Assembly (NCBI GenBank): GCA_018714085.1
Contig: DVNY01000176.1
Coordinates: 388 to 64,387, forward strand
Reading direction: 5' to 3'
Origin: Candidatus Caccomonas pullistercoris
GTDB taxonomy: Bacteria > Bacteroidota > Bacteroidia > Bacteroidales > Bacteroidaceae
DNA length: 64,000 nucleotides
Position 1 is the stretch's first letter. Each line of letters starts with the position of its first letter. The notes below the pieces were generated by a model, which made no database searches, was not told where the DNA came from, and was given only the letters and a program-made list of their open reading frames with translations. Position numbers and translations under genes: made by a program. Positions 1 to 9,750 of this stretch are shown piece after piece.

Positions 1-37
1 TGCGGTCCGGACGCTATTCAAACCCTATCCGAACGAC

Positions 38-1885
38 ATGGAAACGACGCACGAGGCGCCCCGGAGGCGCCGCATACCGATGGAAGACTTCTTCCGAAAC
101 TCCGAGCGGACGGGCTACCAGCTCTCGCCCGACGGGCAGTTTTTCTCTTATTTCGCACCGTGGCACGATCGGCAGAACCTCTTTGTGCAACGCATCGGCG
201 AGCCTGAGGCGCGCCGCATCACTGCCGAGACGGAGCGTTCGCTGGCAGGCAGCCTCTGGGCCGGGCCGCGCCGCATCCTCTACATGAAAGACACGGCGGG
301 CGACGAGAACTATAAACTCTTCGGCGTGAACCTCGACGGCTCGGACCAGCGCGCTTACACCGACTTCGAGGGTGTGCGGACGCAGCTCATCGACTCGCTC
401 GAACACGTGGACGACGCCGTCATCGTCGGCCTGAACCGCCGCAATCCGGAGGTGTTCGACCCTTACCGGCTCGACCTCACGACGGGCGAACTGACCCAGC
501 TGGCCGAGAACCCGGGCAACGTGCAGGGGTGGATGACCGACCACGAGGGACGCCTGCGCGCGGCCACAGCCATCGTCGACGGGGTGAACACGCAGCTGCT
601 CTATCGCGAGCGGGAGGACGAGCCTTTCCGTGTGGTGCTGACCACGAACTTCAAAGAGACGGTGCATTTCGTTGAGTTCACTCCCGACAACCGTCTTGTC
701 TATGCCCTGACGAACCTCGGGCGCGACAAGCTGGCCCTCGTGCTGATGGATCCGGCCACGTGCAGGGAATTGGAAGTGCTCTATGAGCATCCGGACTATG
801 ACGTGTGCAGCCTGAGCTATTCCGAACGGCGCGGCCGTTTGCTCTCGGCGTGTTGCGTGGCGCACAAAGGCGTCATCCGCCACTACTTTGACGCTGAGGA
901 AGAGGCGATCCGCGCCCGCCTGACGCCGAGGTTGGCGGGGTATGATTTCGGTACGGCCGACTGGGACCGCTCGGAGCGCAAGCGCCTGATTTATGCCGCC
1001 AACGACCGGACGCGCGGCTACTATTATTTCTATGACGTCGACGCCGACCGGCTCGAACGGGTGGCAGAACTGGCGCCGTGGCTTGATGAAGAGGACATGG
1101 CCGCCATGTTGCCCGTCAGCTATACGACACGCGACGGCTTGCACATTGAGGCTTACCTCACGCTGCCTGCCGGCCTGACGATCGAGACGGTGCGCAGCTT
1201 GCCCGTGATCGTCCATCCCCATGGCGGCCCTTGGACACGCGACACGTGGGGTTACAACGCCGAGTGCCAGTTCCTGGCGAACCGCGGCTACGCTGTCTTT
1301 CAGATGAACTTCCGCGCCTCGACAGGCTTCGGCCGCCGTTTCAACGAGGCGGGCTTCAAACAGTGGGGACGGGCCATGCAGGACGACATCACCGACGGCG
1401 TCCGCTGGCTCGTGGAGCAGGGCATCGCCGACCCGGCGCGGGTGGCCATCTACGGTGCCAGTTATGGCGGATACGCCACACTGGCGGGCGTCACTTTCAC
1501 GCCCGACCTCTATGCTTGCGCCGTCGACTATGTCGGCGTCTCGAACCTGCTGACGTTCATGGAGACCGTGCCTCCTTATTGGAAACCCATGCTCGACATG
1601 ATGCACGAAATGGTGGGCGACCCTGTGGCCGACCACGACATGATGGTGGCCTGCTCGCCTGCCCTCCACGCCGATCGCATCAAGGCTCCCCTGCTCATCG
1701 CACAAGGCGCCAACGACCCGCGCGTCAACAAGGCCGAAAGCGACCAGATGGTGGAGGCGCTGCGCCGACGCGGCGTGGAGGTGGAATATATGGTCAAGGA
1801 CAACGAAGGCCACGGGTTCAGCAATCAGGAGAACCGTTATGACTTTTATCGTGTCATGGAGTGCTTCTTTGCCAAACATTTGTAG
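38..1885 (+). CDS. S9 family (prolyl oligopeptidase/dipeptidyl aminopeptidase-like) serine peptidase
   Basis: 615-aa ORF; HPHGGPW, nucleophile elbow GASYGGY, GANDPRV (Asp) and EGHGF (His) triad motifs; N-terminal beta-propeller-like region. Confidence 0.92.
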   Translation: METTHEAPRRRRIPMEDFFRNSERTGYQLSPDGQFFSYFAPWHDRQNLFVQRIGEPEARRITAETERSLAGSLWAGPRRILYMKDTAGDENYKLFGVNLDGSDQRAYTDFEGVRTQLIDSLEHVDDAVIVGLNRRNPEVFDPYRLDLTTGELTQLAENPGNVQGWMTDHEGRLRAATAIVDGVNTQLLYREREDEPFRVVLTTNFKETVHFVEFTPDNRLVYALTNLGRDKLALVLMDPATCRELEVLYEHPDYDVCSLSYSERRGRLLSACCVAHKGVIRHYFDAEEEAIRARLTPRLAGYDFGTADWDRSERKRLIYAANDRTRGYYYFYDVDADRLERVAELAPWLDEEDMAAMLPVSYTTRDGLHIEAYLTLPAGLTIETVRSLPVIVHPHGGPWTRDTWGYNAECQFLANRGYAVFQMNFRASTGFGRRFNEAGFKQWGRAMQDDITDGVRWLVEQGIADPARVAIYGASYGGYATLAGVTFTPDLYACAVDYVGVSNLLTFMETVPPYWKPMLDMMHEMVGDPVADHDMMVACSPALHADRIKAPLLIAQGANDPRVNKAESDQMVEALRRRGVEVEYMVKDNEGHGFSNQENRYDFYRVMECFFAKHL

Positions 1886-1916
1886 ACCCGGTGCTTTCCG
1901 CAGGCCGGAGGACACG

Positions 1917-1966
1917 ACAAAGGCGTCGGCCCGGGGAACGAGCGTTCCCCGGGCCGACGCCTTTGT
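1917..1966. terminator. Bidirectional intrinsic terminator-like hairpin between convergent peptidase and purT
   Basis: Perfect 24-bp arms ACAAAGGCGTCGGCCCGGGGAACG / CGTTCCCCGGGCCGACGCCTTTGT around AG. Confidence 0.8.
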
Positions 1967-1983
1967 GCTTGGTGGTAACGTTT

Positions 1984-3150
1984 TTAGTAGACTTCGACCT
2001 TGGCGGCAAGCGCCTTGCACTCGTCGCGCAGGGCGTCGAGGTCGCCGTCGAGCGGGCCGTTGCAGACCACAACGCCCATACGGCGGTTGACGCGGGTGGT
2101 GGGCTTCCCGAAGATGCGGAGGTCGGCATTCGCCACGGCTGTTACGTGTTCCAGACCGCGGTAGCGTGGCGGCTCTTGCGACGCGATGGGCGAGAGGATG
2201 ACGGCCGAGGCGCCGATGCGGAGCTGCTGCACGGGTGGCAGCGGCAGACCGAGCACGGCGCGCAAGTGGAGTTCGAACTCATTGAGGTTCTGCGTGCCGG
2301 CAAGGGTCACCATGCCGGTGTCGTGGGGGCGGGGCGAGAGTTCGGAGAAGTAGACACCGTTTTCGTGGCTGAGGAAGAACTCCACGCCCCAGATGCCGGC
2401 GCCTGTGAGGGCACGCGTCACCTTGTCGGCCATGCGTTCGGCTTCGCGGAGATGATCGGGGGCAATGTGGGCAGGCTGGAAGCTTTCGCGGTAGTCGCCG
2501 CCTTTCTGCACGTGGCCTATGGGCGGGCAGAAGAGGGTAGGCCCGTCTTTTTGGGTCACAGTGAGCAGCGTGATTTCGCTGTCGAAGCGGACGAACTCTT
2601 CAATGATGAGTTCCTTGATGTCGCCTCGGCTGCCTCCGATGCCGTACTCCCAGGCGTGTTGGAGGTCGTCGGGGGTTTTCACGACGGACTGCCCTTTGCC
2701 CGAAGACGACATGAGGGGCTTCACGACGCAGGGATAACCGATTTCGGCAGCAGCTTCTTTCAGTTCGTCGAACGTTTTGGCATAGAAATACTTGGCAGTT
2801 TTCAAACCTAACTCTTTGGCTGCCAAGTCGCGGATGGCCTTGCGGTTCATGGTGAAGTTGACAGCCCGTGCGCTCGGCACGACTTGTATGCCTTCCTGTT
2901 CGAACGCATAGAGGCGTTCCGTGCGGATGGCTTCGATCTCGGGGACAATGATGTCGGGACGGTGTTTCTCAACTACGCGTTCCAAAGCGTCGCCGTCGAG
3001 CATAGGGAACACTTCGGCTTCGTCTGCCACCTGCATGGCCGGCGCTCCGGCGTAAGCGTCGCAGGCAATGACGTATTGCCCCAGACGTTGCGCCGCGATG
3101 ACAAATTCCTTGCCCAGTTCGCCTGAGCCCAGTAACATGATTTTTTTCAT
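1984..3150 (-). CDS. purT: Formate-dependent phosphoribosylglycinamide formyltransferase
   Basis: [11 protein letters not shown] start, [30 protein letters not shown]-grasp motifs. Confidence 0.97.
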   Translation of the reverse strand: MKKIMLLGSGELGKEFVIAAQRLGQYVIACDAYAGAPAMQVADEAEVFPMLDGDALERVVEKHRPDIIVPEIEAIRTERLYAFEQEGIQVVPSARAVNFTMNRKAIRDLAAKELGLKTAKYFYAKTFDELKEAAAEIGYPCVVKPLMSSSGKGQSVVKTPDDLQHAWEYGIGGSRGDIKELIIEEFVRFDSEITLLTVTQKDGPTLFCPPIGHVQKGGDYRESFQPAHIAPDHLREAERMADKVTRALTGAGIWGVEFFLSHENGVYFSELSPRPHDTGMVTLAGTQNLNEFELHLRAVLGLPLPPVQQLRIGASAVILSPIASQEPPRYRGLEHVTAVANADLRIFGKPTTRVNRRMGVVVCNGPLDGDLDALRDECKALAAKVEVY

Positions 3151-3208
3151 TCCACGTCGTGTTTTTGAAATCGGTAACGGGTGGACGCAAAACTGCGTTC
3201 ACGTGTGG

Positions 3209-3216
3209 CAAAGTTA
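3209..3216 (-). promoter_or_regulatory. Bacteroidetes primary-sigma -7 box for purT
   Basis: TAACTTTG (TAnnTTTG) about 60 nt upstream of the start codon. Confidence 0.7.
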
Positions 3217-3249
3217 CATCTTTTTGGGCGAAAAGGGTGCGGCTTCTTG

Positions 3250-3293
3250 AAAAAAGGCGTTCGGCCGGAGGTTAGCAGTAGGCCCGGAACGCC
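3250..3293 (-). terminator. Intrinsic terminator after the small ORF downstream of the ECF sigma gene
   Basis: Minus strand GGCGTTCCGGGCC...GGCCGAACGCC followed by TTTTTT. Confidence 0.7.
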
Positions 3294-3424
3294 GACATGG
3301 GTTTGGCTGCGTCGTCGTCTGTCGTTTCTTCTTCTCCTTCTGGCCGATAGGAACGGGCAAATGCCCGGATAAAATCCAACGTCTCTTTTTTCGGGTGTTG
3401 TCTTAGTGGTGTAGAATGATTCAT
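3272..3424 (-). CDS. Small (50 aa) hypothetical protein downstream of the ECF sigma factor
   Basis: Hand translation MNHSTPLRQHPKKETLDFIRAFARSYRPEGEEETTDDDAAKPMSAFRAYC*; absent from the ORF track (shortest listed ORFs are 60 aa); co-oriented with the sigma gene and followed by a terminator; PxKETLxFIRxFARxY resembles small proteins I recall beside this sigma in Bacteroidetes. Confidence 0.7.
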   Translation of the reverse strand: MNHSTPLRQHPKKETLDFIRAFARSYRPEGEEETTDDDAAKPMSAFRAYC

Positions 3425-3549
3425 AGGCGTATGGATAATGATAAACCTTACACCTATAAAAACGTCGGTTGTGCTATTTTATTGTATGTGAGGGAGAAAA
3501 AGCATAAGATGGCTCTGCGGCAGTCTCCGGATGCCGGCGCATGGGCGGA

Positions 3550-4131
3550 TCAGAACAGGTGGCGTTCGCCGGCTATGCGCCGCATGTTCAGAATGGCGTA
3601 GCGCATCCGTCCGAGGGCGGTGTTGATGCTGACTCCGGTGGCTTGGGCAATTTCCTTGAAGCTCATGTCGCGGTAGAAGCGCATGTGGAGCACTTCGCGT
3701 TGGGCGTCAGGAAGTTCGCGCATCAGCCCTTTGACATCGGACAGGGTTTCATCGCTGATGAGTTGCGTTTCTATGCAGGCTTCGGCAAGGCTGGTGCTGT
3801 TGAAAAGGTCTGTGGAGACTTCGTCGTTCGAGACCGTGTTCTCGTTCTTCTCGTCGCGGAATTGGTCGACGATGAGGTTGTGCGCAATGCGAGTGAGCCA
3901 GGCGGAGAACTTGCCTGTCTCGGTGTATCGGCCGTGCTTGATGGTCACGATGGCTTTGACGAACGTCTCTTGGAAGAGGTCGTCGGCGACGTCGTTGTTG
4001 CGGACAAAATATAGGATATAGGAATAGAGCCTCTTCTCATAGCGGGAAAGGATGACGTCGAATGCTTCGTTGTTCCCTTCGGCATAGAGTTTCACCAGCA
4101 TCTCGTCGGTGAAAGATTTCATATTATCCAT
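3550..4131 (-). CDS. ECF-type RNA polymerase sigma-70 factor
   Basis: Region 2 (DDLFQETFVK, FSAWLTRIAHNLIVD) and region 4 (LPDAQREV...SFKEIAQATGVSINTALGRMRYA). Confidence 0.95.
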   Translation of the reverse strand: MDNMKSFTDEMLVKLYAEGNNEAFDVILSRYEKRLYSYILYFVRNNDVADDLFQETFVKAIVTIKHGRYTETGKFSAWLTRIAHNLIVDQFRDEKNENTVSNDEVSTDLFNSTSLAEACIETQLISDETLSDVKGLMRELPDAQREVLHMRFYRDMSFKEIAQATGVSINTALGRMRYAILNMRRIAGERHLF

Positions 4132-4199
4132 TACTGCTTCTGTTTGTCGTTAGCGTAATGTTTTTCGATAGGCTCTGTATTTTTATGGTTAATGTGCGA

Positions 4200-4291
4200 C
4201 AAAGATAGTGAAAGGCGAGAGACAAGACCGGAAAAAGCACGTTTTTCCGGAACTTGGCCGAGCCGCATCCTATCTTCGCAGGGCAAAGATA
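4200..4291 (-). repeat. 84-bp promoter-associated structured element, copy A1 (upstream of ECF sigma)
   Basis: CAAAGATAGTGAAAGGCGAGAG-hairpin-TTGGCCGAGCCGCATCCTATCTT; CAAAGATA at 4200 and 4284; similar to copies at 5484 and 9653. Confidence 0.9.
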
Positions 4292-4345
4292 TATAATTGT
4301 GTGGAATTTTCCAAAAGGTCGGCGTTTTTTTCGTCTTGGTGGGGC

Positions 4346-4400
4346 GAAAAACTGTCGCAGCGACTGTTTTTGCAGATCGCCGGACAGGATTTACAGTCAG
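4346..4400. repeat. Degenerate member of the 21-bp-period palindromic repeat family
   Basis: GAAAAACTGTCGCAGCGACTG resembles GAAAAACGGTCGCAGTGACAG at 59070; GACAGGATTTACAG is shared with 44706. Confidence 0.55.
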
Positions 4401-4410
4401 TTAGAGGGTT

Positions 4411-5457
4411 TTACGTGGTCGACGTCTTGAGTAGGGGCAAGTAGGCTTCGACGGCTTTTTCGACTGTGGCGATAGCGCTCTCCATGGGCCACGGAAGGCG
4501 GCCGCCCGACGCATTGGCGTGGCCGCCGCCGTTGAAGAACTCAGTCGCCATCTTGTTGCAGGGGAAGTTGCCCACCGAGCGCAGCGAGACGCGGATGAGG
4601 TCTGTCTCAGTATCTTCGCGGAGCGAGATGCTGAGTTTGTTGCCCCTGACTTGGAGGGGGAGGTTGACAAAGCCCTCGGCGTCGCCGCGGATGTAGTGGA
4701 AACGATCTAAGTCGCTGCGTGTCAATGTGAAGAGACTGGCCCGGCCGTCAGCGAGGAAGCGCAGTTTCTCAAAAAGCACGTAACCCATGAGGCGAATCCG
4801 GCTTTCGGTGTAGTTGTTGAATACGTTGCGGTAGAGCTGGTCTTTGTCGATGCCTTTGGTGAGCAAGAGGCTGATGATGGTGTATATCTCCGGGTTGTTC
4901 GAGTTGTATGTGAACCCGCCCGTATCAGTCATCATGCCAGTGTAGATGGCGGCTGCGGCATCGTGGGATATGGCGTCGAAACCACCCAGCTGTTCGATGA
5001 GGCGGAAGATGATTTCACACGTCGAACTGCATTCGGGATGCGAGATGGTGAGTGAAGTGAAGCTGCTGTCGGGGTCAAGGTGGTGGTCGATGATGACTTT
5101 TTTCGCTTTGGCGCGTGCGATGTCCTCGCCCATTCCTTCAAGGCGGGAAAGTGCGTTGAAGTCGAGGCAGAAGATGAGGTCGGCTTCATGAATGAGGTGT
5201 GAGGACAGTTCGTTTTGTTTGTCGAATAGGACCGCCATCCCGGCGCCGGGCATCGAACGAAGAAAGTCGGGGAACGCATTGGGCATGACGATGTTCGTCG
5301 TTTTTCTCAGCCCGCGTAAATAGCAGGTCCATCCGATGGAGGCGCCCAATGCGTCGCCGTCGGGACTGCGGTGGGCACACACGACGATGCGGCGTGCCTC
5401 TTTGATGAGTTGAAGGAGTGTGAATAATTCTTTATTGGTGAGTAGCGGTGTCAGCAT
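4411..5457 (-). CDS. nrnA: DHH/DHHA1 family phosphoesterase (NrnA-like oligoribonuclease/PAP phosphatase)
   Basis: HRSPDGDALG, IDHH, TGMMTDTG and GGGHANASG motifs. Confidence 0.9.
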   Translation of the reverse strand: MLTPLLTNKELFTLLQLIKEARRIVVCAHRSPDGDALGASIGWTCYLRGLRKTTNIVMPNAFPDFLRSMPGAGMAVLFDKQNELSSHLIHEADLIFCLDFNALSRLEGMGEDIARAKAKKVIIDHHLDPDSSFTSLTISHPECSSTCEIIFRLIEQLGGFDAISHDAAAAIYTGMMTDTGGFTYNSNNPEIYTIISLLLTKGIDKDQLYRNVFNNYTESRIRLMGYVLFEKLRFLADGRASLFTLTRSDLDRFHYIRGDAEGFVNLPLQVRGNKLSISLREDTETDLIRVSLRSVGNFPCNKMATEFFNGGGHANASGGRLPWPMESAIATVEKAVEAYLPLLKTSTT

Positions 5458-5483
5458 GTTGAGACAGGAAAATCAATGAAGTG

Positions 5484-5576
5484 CAAAGATAGTGAAAGGC
5501 GAGAGCCGAAGCAAGGGAATGCCCGCTTTCTTCTTGATTTGGCCGAGCCGCATCTTGTGTTCGCGTAGCACAGATG
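5484..5576 (-). repeat. 85-bp promoter-associated structured element, copy A2 (upstream of DHH gene)
   Basis: CAAAGATAGTGAAAGGCGAGAG...TTGGCCGAGCCGCATCTTGTGTT; degenerate second box CACAGATG at 5569. Confidence 0.88.
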
Positions 5577-5765
5577 CGCGGAAGCTGGTTCGAAAAGTGA
5601 GGAAGGCTGTTTCTTTTGCGTTCTGGACGGGTAAAAATGCCTATAAAAGGTTATATGACGTGGGTTAATCTGACAAGATTTTTTACATCTTAAATAATTA
5701 TATCCATGAGGCAGATGCTGTGTGCAAATGCTTTCCTTCCGGCAATCGTGAGTAGTTTACGGTTT

Positions 5766-6866
5766 CTATAAAATGTTGGTAAATAATTCTTTAACGCAAA
5801 TCTCTTCTTTCTCTCGCAGTATGTTGAAAGTTTGGAAGTCAACTTCATTAAATAGACTATCCAGCGATCCGTCGTAGATGCGTTGTCGCAAATTGTGTCT
5901 CTCTAATAGGTCTGTTATTCGGCTATTCATTCCTTTTATTGAACCCTTTACGGGAAACGTAAGGAAAGGGCGGTTGAAATGGAGGCAGAAAACGGTACCA
6001 TGGAAGGAGTTGGTGATGACGTAGGCTGCACCGTCCAAAAGTCCCAGCCATTCTTCGACAGTGGGGTAAAGTTTTGGAAATTCGTCCGTACGGCCTTGAC
6101 TTGCCACGTAGCGTACCGGCAAGTGGTGCGCGTGGGCGAAAGCGTGAATGTCGGCGACGCTTACGTCTGTTTCGTTACCCAGCAGGTAGAGGAGGAGATA
6201 AGGTTCGTCTTTTCTGGGACTGACCTCAATCTCCCTGTATGTAGCAGCAGGGAGCAGGAGTGTCGGATCGGGTTGGAGTGATGCTTCGGGATGCCCCAAC
6301 TTGCGGAGGAGTTCGATGCCCGATCGCTCTCTTGAACTGAGGAAATCGAACCTTTCGAGGTAGGAGCGCGCCGTGTCTTCGAGTTTGGCCGACGGTTGAA
6401 GGCTTCCGAACGACGGCGCGAAGGCGATGCGCTTTGTGTGGGGGGAGCCAAACTGCAAGAAAAACATAGGGTCGAGGTTTGCCCACACCTGATCGCTCCC
6501 ACAGACGTAAGCGTCAGCTTCCGGAGGTGTACTTCTTAGCTGGGCTGCTGTGAAAGTGCAGGATGTCGATGCGATATGTTTACGCCTGAACTCGTCGAAA
6601 TGGCGAGGATGTTTCCGGGCTTCCTCCCGCTCAATCCTGTTCAGGCGTTTCCACATTTTTGCCTGTTGTCTGTAAGATGGTCTGACGGCATATAAAATGT
6701 GGGATTTAAGCCGTTGGATGAGCGGGCGCTTTGTGGACGACGACAGGTATTTGATGAGGAATGCGTCATGTCCCATTTGGCGCAAGAAACGGAGCAATGC
6801 GTAACATTGCAGCAGCTGTCCGTAATTTTCTTGACTTTCCCAGTAAGTGAGTGTGCCTATTTTCAT
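5766..6866 (-). CDS. Polysaccharide pyruvyl transferase family protein
   Basis: NYGQLLQCYAL, CGSDQVW, SSRE, DPTLLL and TNSFHGTVF motifs. Confidence 0.9.
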   Translation of the reverse strand: MKIGTLTYWESQENYGQLLQCYALLRFLRQMGHDAFLIKYLSSSTKRPLIQRLKSHILYAVRPSYRQQAKMWKRLNRIEREEARKHPRHFDEFRRKHIASTSCTFTAAQLRSTPPEADAYVCGSDQVWANLDPMFFLQFGSPHTKRIAFAPSFGSLQPSAKLEDTARSYLERFDFLSSRERSGIELLRKLGHPEASLQPDPTLLLPAATYREIEVSPRKDEPYLLLYLLGNETDVSVADIHAFAHAHHLPVRYVASQGRTDEFPKLYPTVEEWLGLLDGAAYVITNSFHGTVFCLHFNRPFLTFPVKGSIKGMNSRITDLLERHNLRQRIYDGSLDSLFNEVDFQTFNILREKEEICVKELFTNIL

Positions 6867-6881
6867 ATTCAGAACAAGTCT

Positions 6882-8075
6882 TTATTTCTTCCATGCCCGT
6901 AACCGTCTCATGAGGCCAACCGGCAAGTGGAGCAGGCGTTTCCACCGTCTTGCGAGCAGGCGGCATTGGTAGACGGTCTCAACTCTTCTCATGAACTGCA
7001 CGCCGTGTAGGCGTTTGTAAAGACTACGTTCAAAAGACGGGTGGGACGAATGGAACAGCGAGGGATTGTACCGGGCAATATCGCTGAAAGGAGTTGACGT
7101 AAGTTGCATTGTACCAGAGATTTCAGCGACCCAGCGAGCGCCTTTCCCCGTATTGACCATGAGGGCGCACATCCCTTTGTTGTCGTCCAGTTCAGGATGC
7201 GTCTGTTCGAGTCCCCAGTAATCGCCAAGGGTCAGGTCGCTTCCGCTTTTCAGGTGTTTGGCCGGACAGGCGTCACAACTGGGACGGAGATACAGGTCCA
7301 TGAGGAAACCGCGCATGAATGTGTTGCGGCTGCCGGGCTCGCTGACGCGTAGCTCGTCGCCCGAGGGCGTTTTTACGGTATAGGTGAAACTGTAACTTTT
7401 CCATCCGGTCGATTTGTCGCGGAAACTGATCGACGTGATGGCCGAAGTGCTTTCAAAGCCGCAACGGTGTTTCAGTTCAGCGTTCAAGTAGTCCCGCCAC
7501 ACGCTCGGGCTTGGCACGCCGTGGCAGATAATGTCGACGAGCAGGAGGTTTTCGTACGTTTTTCGCAAGAAAAGCCTGAGGCCGGCAATCTGGCAGGGCG
7601 TACCAGAAAACAGTACGGTGCGGCCTTCTTTGAGGAATTTTTCGGCTTGTACGTAACTGTCGCCGATGCGGCTTTGCACGTATTTCGAACAGCGGAAGGG
7701 CGTGAGTTTTTCCGAAGTGTCGGCCCAATCGTGCACCACTTCCCATTGTTTGTCGAAGCGGGCACCGAACACAACGCCGCCTTGGCGGACGACTTCTTCG
7801 GACAGAGCGGAGAAAATGCCGCCCGACGAACTCTTCAGACGTATGGCGTCTTCGCGGTTCGTGGCAGCGTATGCGGCTTTGGGCTCGCGCTTTTCTGCTT
7901 GATTGATGACGGGACAGACCTTTTCGCAGAGCCCGCAATCGATGCACAACGCCGCGTCGGCTGTGGGGTAGAGGAATCCTTCGTTGTCCTCGTGCATACT
8001 GATGCAGCGTTTCGGGCAGCGCTGTACGCAGGCCCAACAGCCTACGCAATCTTCTTTCCTCGTGATTTCTATCAT
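6882..8075 (-). CDS. Coenzyme F420 hydrogenase/dehydrogenase beta-subunit-like Fe-S protein (polysaccharide-locus type)
   Basis: Two N-terminal CxxCxxCxxxCP ferredoxin motifs, SSSGG, SKYVQS, GTPCQIAG, ICHGVPS, RPSCxxC, SDLTLGDYWG. Confidence 0.9.
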   Translation of the reverse strand: MIEITRKEDCVGCWACVQRCPKRCISMHEDNEGFLYPTADAALCIDCGLCEKVCPVINQAEKREPKAAYAATNREDAIRLKSSSGGIFSALSEEVVRQGGVVFGARFDKQWEVVHDWADTSEKLTPFRCSKYVQSRIGDSYVQAEKFLKEGRTVLFSGTPCQIAGLRLFLRKTYENLLLVDIICHGVPSPSVWRDYLNAELKHRCGFESTSAITSISFRDKSTGWKSYSFTYTVKTPSGDELRVSEPGSRNTFMRGFLMDLYLRPSCDACPAKHLKSGSDLTLGDYWGLEQTHPELDDNKGMCALMVNTGKGARWVAEISGTMQLTSTPFSDIARYNPSLFHSSHPSFERSLYKRLHGVQFMRRVETVYQCRLLARRWKRLLHLPVGLMRRLRAWKK

Positions 8076-9592
8076 GTGAGTTTGTGTTTGATTTTGAGTA
8101 GTGGTGCGGTCACCATGCTCCGTTCGTCCTTGTTCATGACGAAGAACCAGCAGCAGGGCAGGTAGACCAAGGTGAACGCCACAGCACCCGAGACGAACCA
8201 GAGGGGGCGTTCCAGGTCGATAAAACTGAGCGCGTAATAGCTGGCAGTGCCTACGGCCAACGGAGCGAGGCTCATCTTTCCGATTTCACGCCAGAAGCGG
8301 GGGATGTCCAAGCGTTGCTTCTTCTTGTAGTATATGTTCATCACGACGACCTGTCCGGCCGTCAGAGCCAAGGCGGTGGCTACGGCGCAGCCTATGCCGC
8401 CGTAGTGTTTGGCACCGTAGATGGAAAACACGAGACTGGCGAGGGCTATGATGACATAGGCGATGGAGCGGAATTTCATTTCGTTACGGGCTTGGAGCAC
8501 GCAGATGCCCACGTTTTGGATTAAGGGAACCGTCAGTGGGATAAAGAACAGCAGCGTGATCGGATAGGCGTCCTCGTAGCCCGGGCCGGCCCAAAGATGA
8601 ATGAAAGCCTTCCCGAAGACGATGAAAGCTGTCAGGATGTAGGCCATAATGATGTATTGCACGCGGCCTGTGCGGATGAATAGATCCGAAATCTCCCTGT
8701 CGCTGCTGTGGCGGCTGACCATTGACGTCACCCGAGGCAGAAATACGCTCGAAATGGCTGTCGAAAACATCATGTACATGTTTTGGAGCTGGATGGCCAC
8801 GGCATAGACCGCCACGACGGCCGTGCCACAGAAAATGCCCAAGACGAACTGCCCGGTGCTCCAATAGATGCGATCCATGACGGCGTTAAGGAAAATCCAA
8901 AAGGAGAAGATGGAAACCTCGCGCAGGAACTTCCAGTTGAAGCGGCCGTAGCGGACACGGATGGACAGGCGGTGGCGGCAATACCACCAATTCAGTGTCA
9001 GTGTCAGCACGTTGAACACCGTTGTCACGACGACCATCGTGATGGCGCGGTAGCCGTAGAGCAGGAAAATGACCATTACCAACGGGTTGAGCACGATGCG
9101 GACGATACTCACGATGCGCTGGAAGATGAAGTTCTCGTATGCCGTGATGATCGAGCCCCAGATGCTCATGGGAAAGGTGAACGCAAGGTTGAACGAGAGG
9201 AGCATCAACATGATGCGCACCTTCCGGACTTCCTCGGGCGTCATTGATTGTGAAAAGAGGCCGTCCGCATTGAAATAGAGGACCATGCCGAGTGCGAAGG
9301 CGATGACGCTGATCACGCCGTAAAGCACGAGGAACATGCCGAACATTTCCTGTTGTTCGCGTATTCGGCCTTCCGCGCGGAACTTGGCCGTGTAGCGGAT
9401 GACCGCATTGCCGAAGCCGAGGTCGAGCACGGTCAGGTAGGCAATCACAGAGGCGGCCAGGGCATAAAGGCCATATTCTGACTGCCCCATGATGCGGAGC
9501 ATGAAAGGGGTGTAGAGCAGGCCGATGGCTGCGTTTAGTCCGATGATGACGTATGAGAGGGCTGCTCCGGCTTTCAGTTGGTTGATAGGCAT
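8072..9592 (-). CDS. Wzx/MOP-superfamily oligosaccharide flippase
   Basis: Start reassigned to MPINQLKAG (ATG 9592); many hydrophobic helices; G-x-x-EYGLY and DLGFGNAVIRY; 4-nt overlap with the next gene. Confidence 0.9.
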   Translation of the reverse strand: MPINQLKAGAALSYVIIGLNAAIGLLYTPFMLRIMGQSEYGLYALAASVIAYLTVLDLGFGNAVIRYTAKFRAEGRIREQQEMFGMFLVLYGVISVIAFALGMVLYFNADGLFSQSMTPEEVRKVRIMLMLLSFNLAFTFPMSIWGSIITAYENFIFQRIVSIVRIVLNPLVMVIFLLYGYRAITMVVVTTVFNVLTLTLNWWYCRHRLSIRVRYGRFNWKFLREVSIFSFWIFLNAVMDRIYWSTGQFVLGIFCGTAVVAVYAVAIQLQNMYMMFSTAISSVFLPRVTSMVSRHSSDREISDLFIRTGRVQYIIMAYILTAFIVFGKAFIHLWAGPGYEDAYPITLLFFIPLTVPLIQNVGICVLQARNEMKFRSIAYVIIALASLVFSIYGAKHYGGIGCAVATALALTAGQVVVMNIYYKKKQRLDIPRFWREIGKMSLAPLAVGTASYYALSFIDLERPLWFVSGAVAFTLVYLPCCWFFVMNKDERSMVTAPLLKIKHKLT

Positions 9593-9652
9593 GTGCGTGG
9601 TTCTTGTGTGTGATGTGCAGCAGCTGTCCGGGCTGTGCGGAGTCCAACAGTG

Positions 9653-9750
9653 CAAAGATACGCAAAGGCGAGAGCCAAGACAAGGAAAAACTTGTTTTTC
9701 AGTGGGCTTGGCCGAGCCGCATTCTGTCTTCGTGAAACAAAGATACGCAA
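9653..9750 (-). repeat. 85-bp promoter-associated structured element, copy A3 (upstream of flippase)
   Basis: Same conserved blocks as A1/A2; bounded by a 13-bp direct repeat CAAAGATACGCAA at 9653 and 9738. Confidence 0.9.

Noticed and set aside
14-2020. 668-aa antisense ORF, and similar long antisense ORFs such as 17601-19163, 22307-23701, 33317-34585, 49365-50726
   Set aside because: Shadow frames opposite well-supported genes in codon-biased DNA; no recognisable motifs.
3151-3208. Purine or ZTP riboswitch upstream of purT
   Set aside because: Leader is only about 55 nt with one simple hairpin (3181-3202); no aptamer consensus recognised.
5580-5765. Remnant of a further polysaccharide gene after the pyruvyl transferase
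   Set aside because: AT-rich, but only a 5-codon ORF is visible; no pseudogene can be supported.
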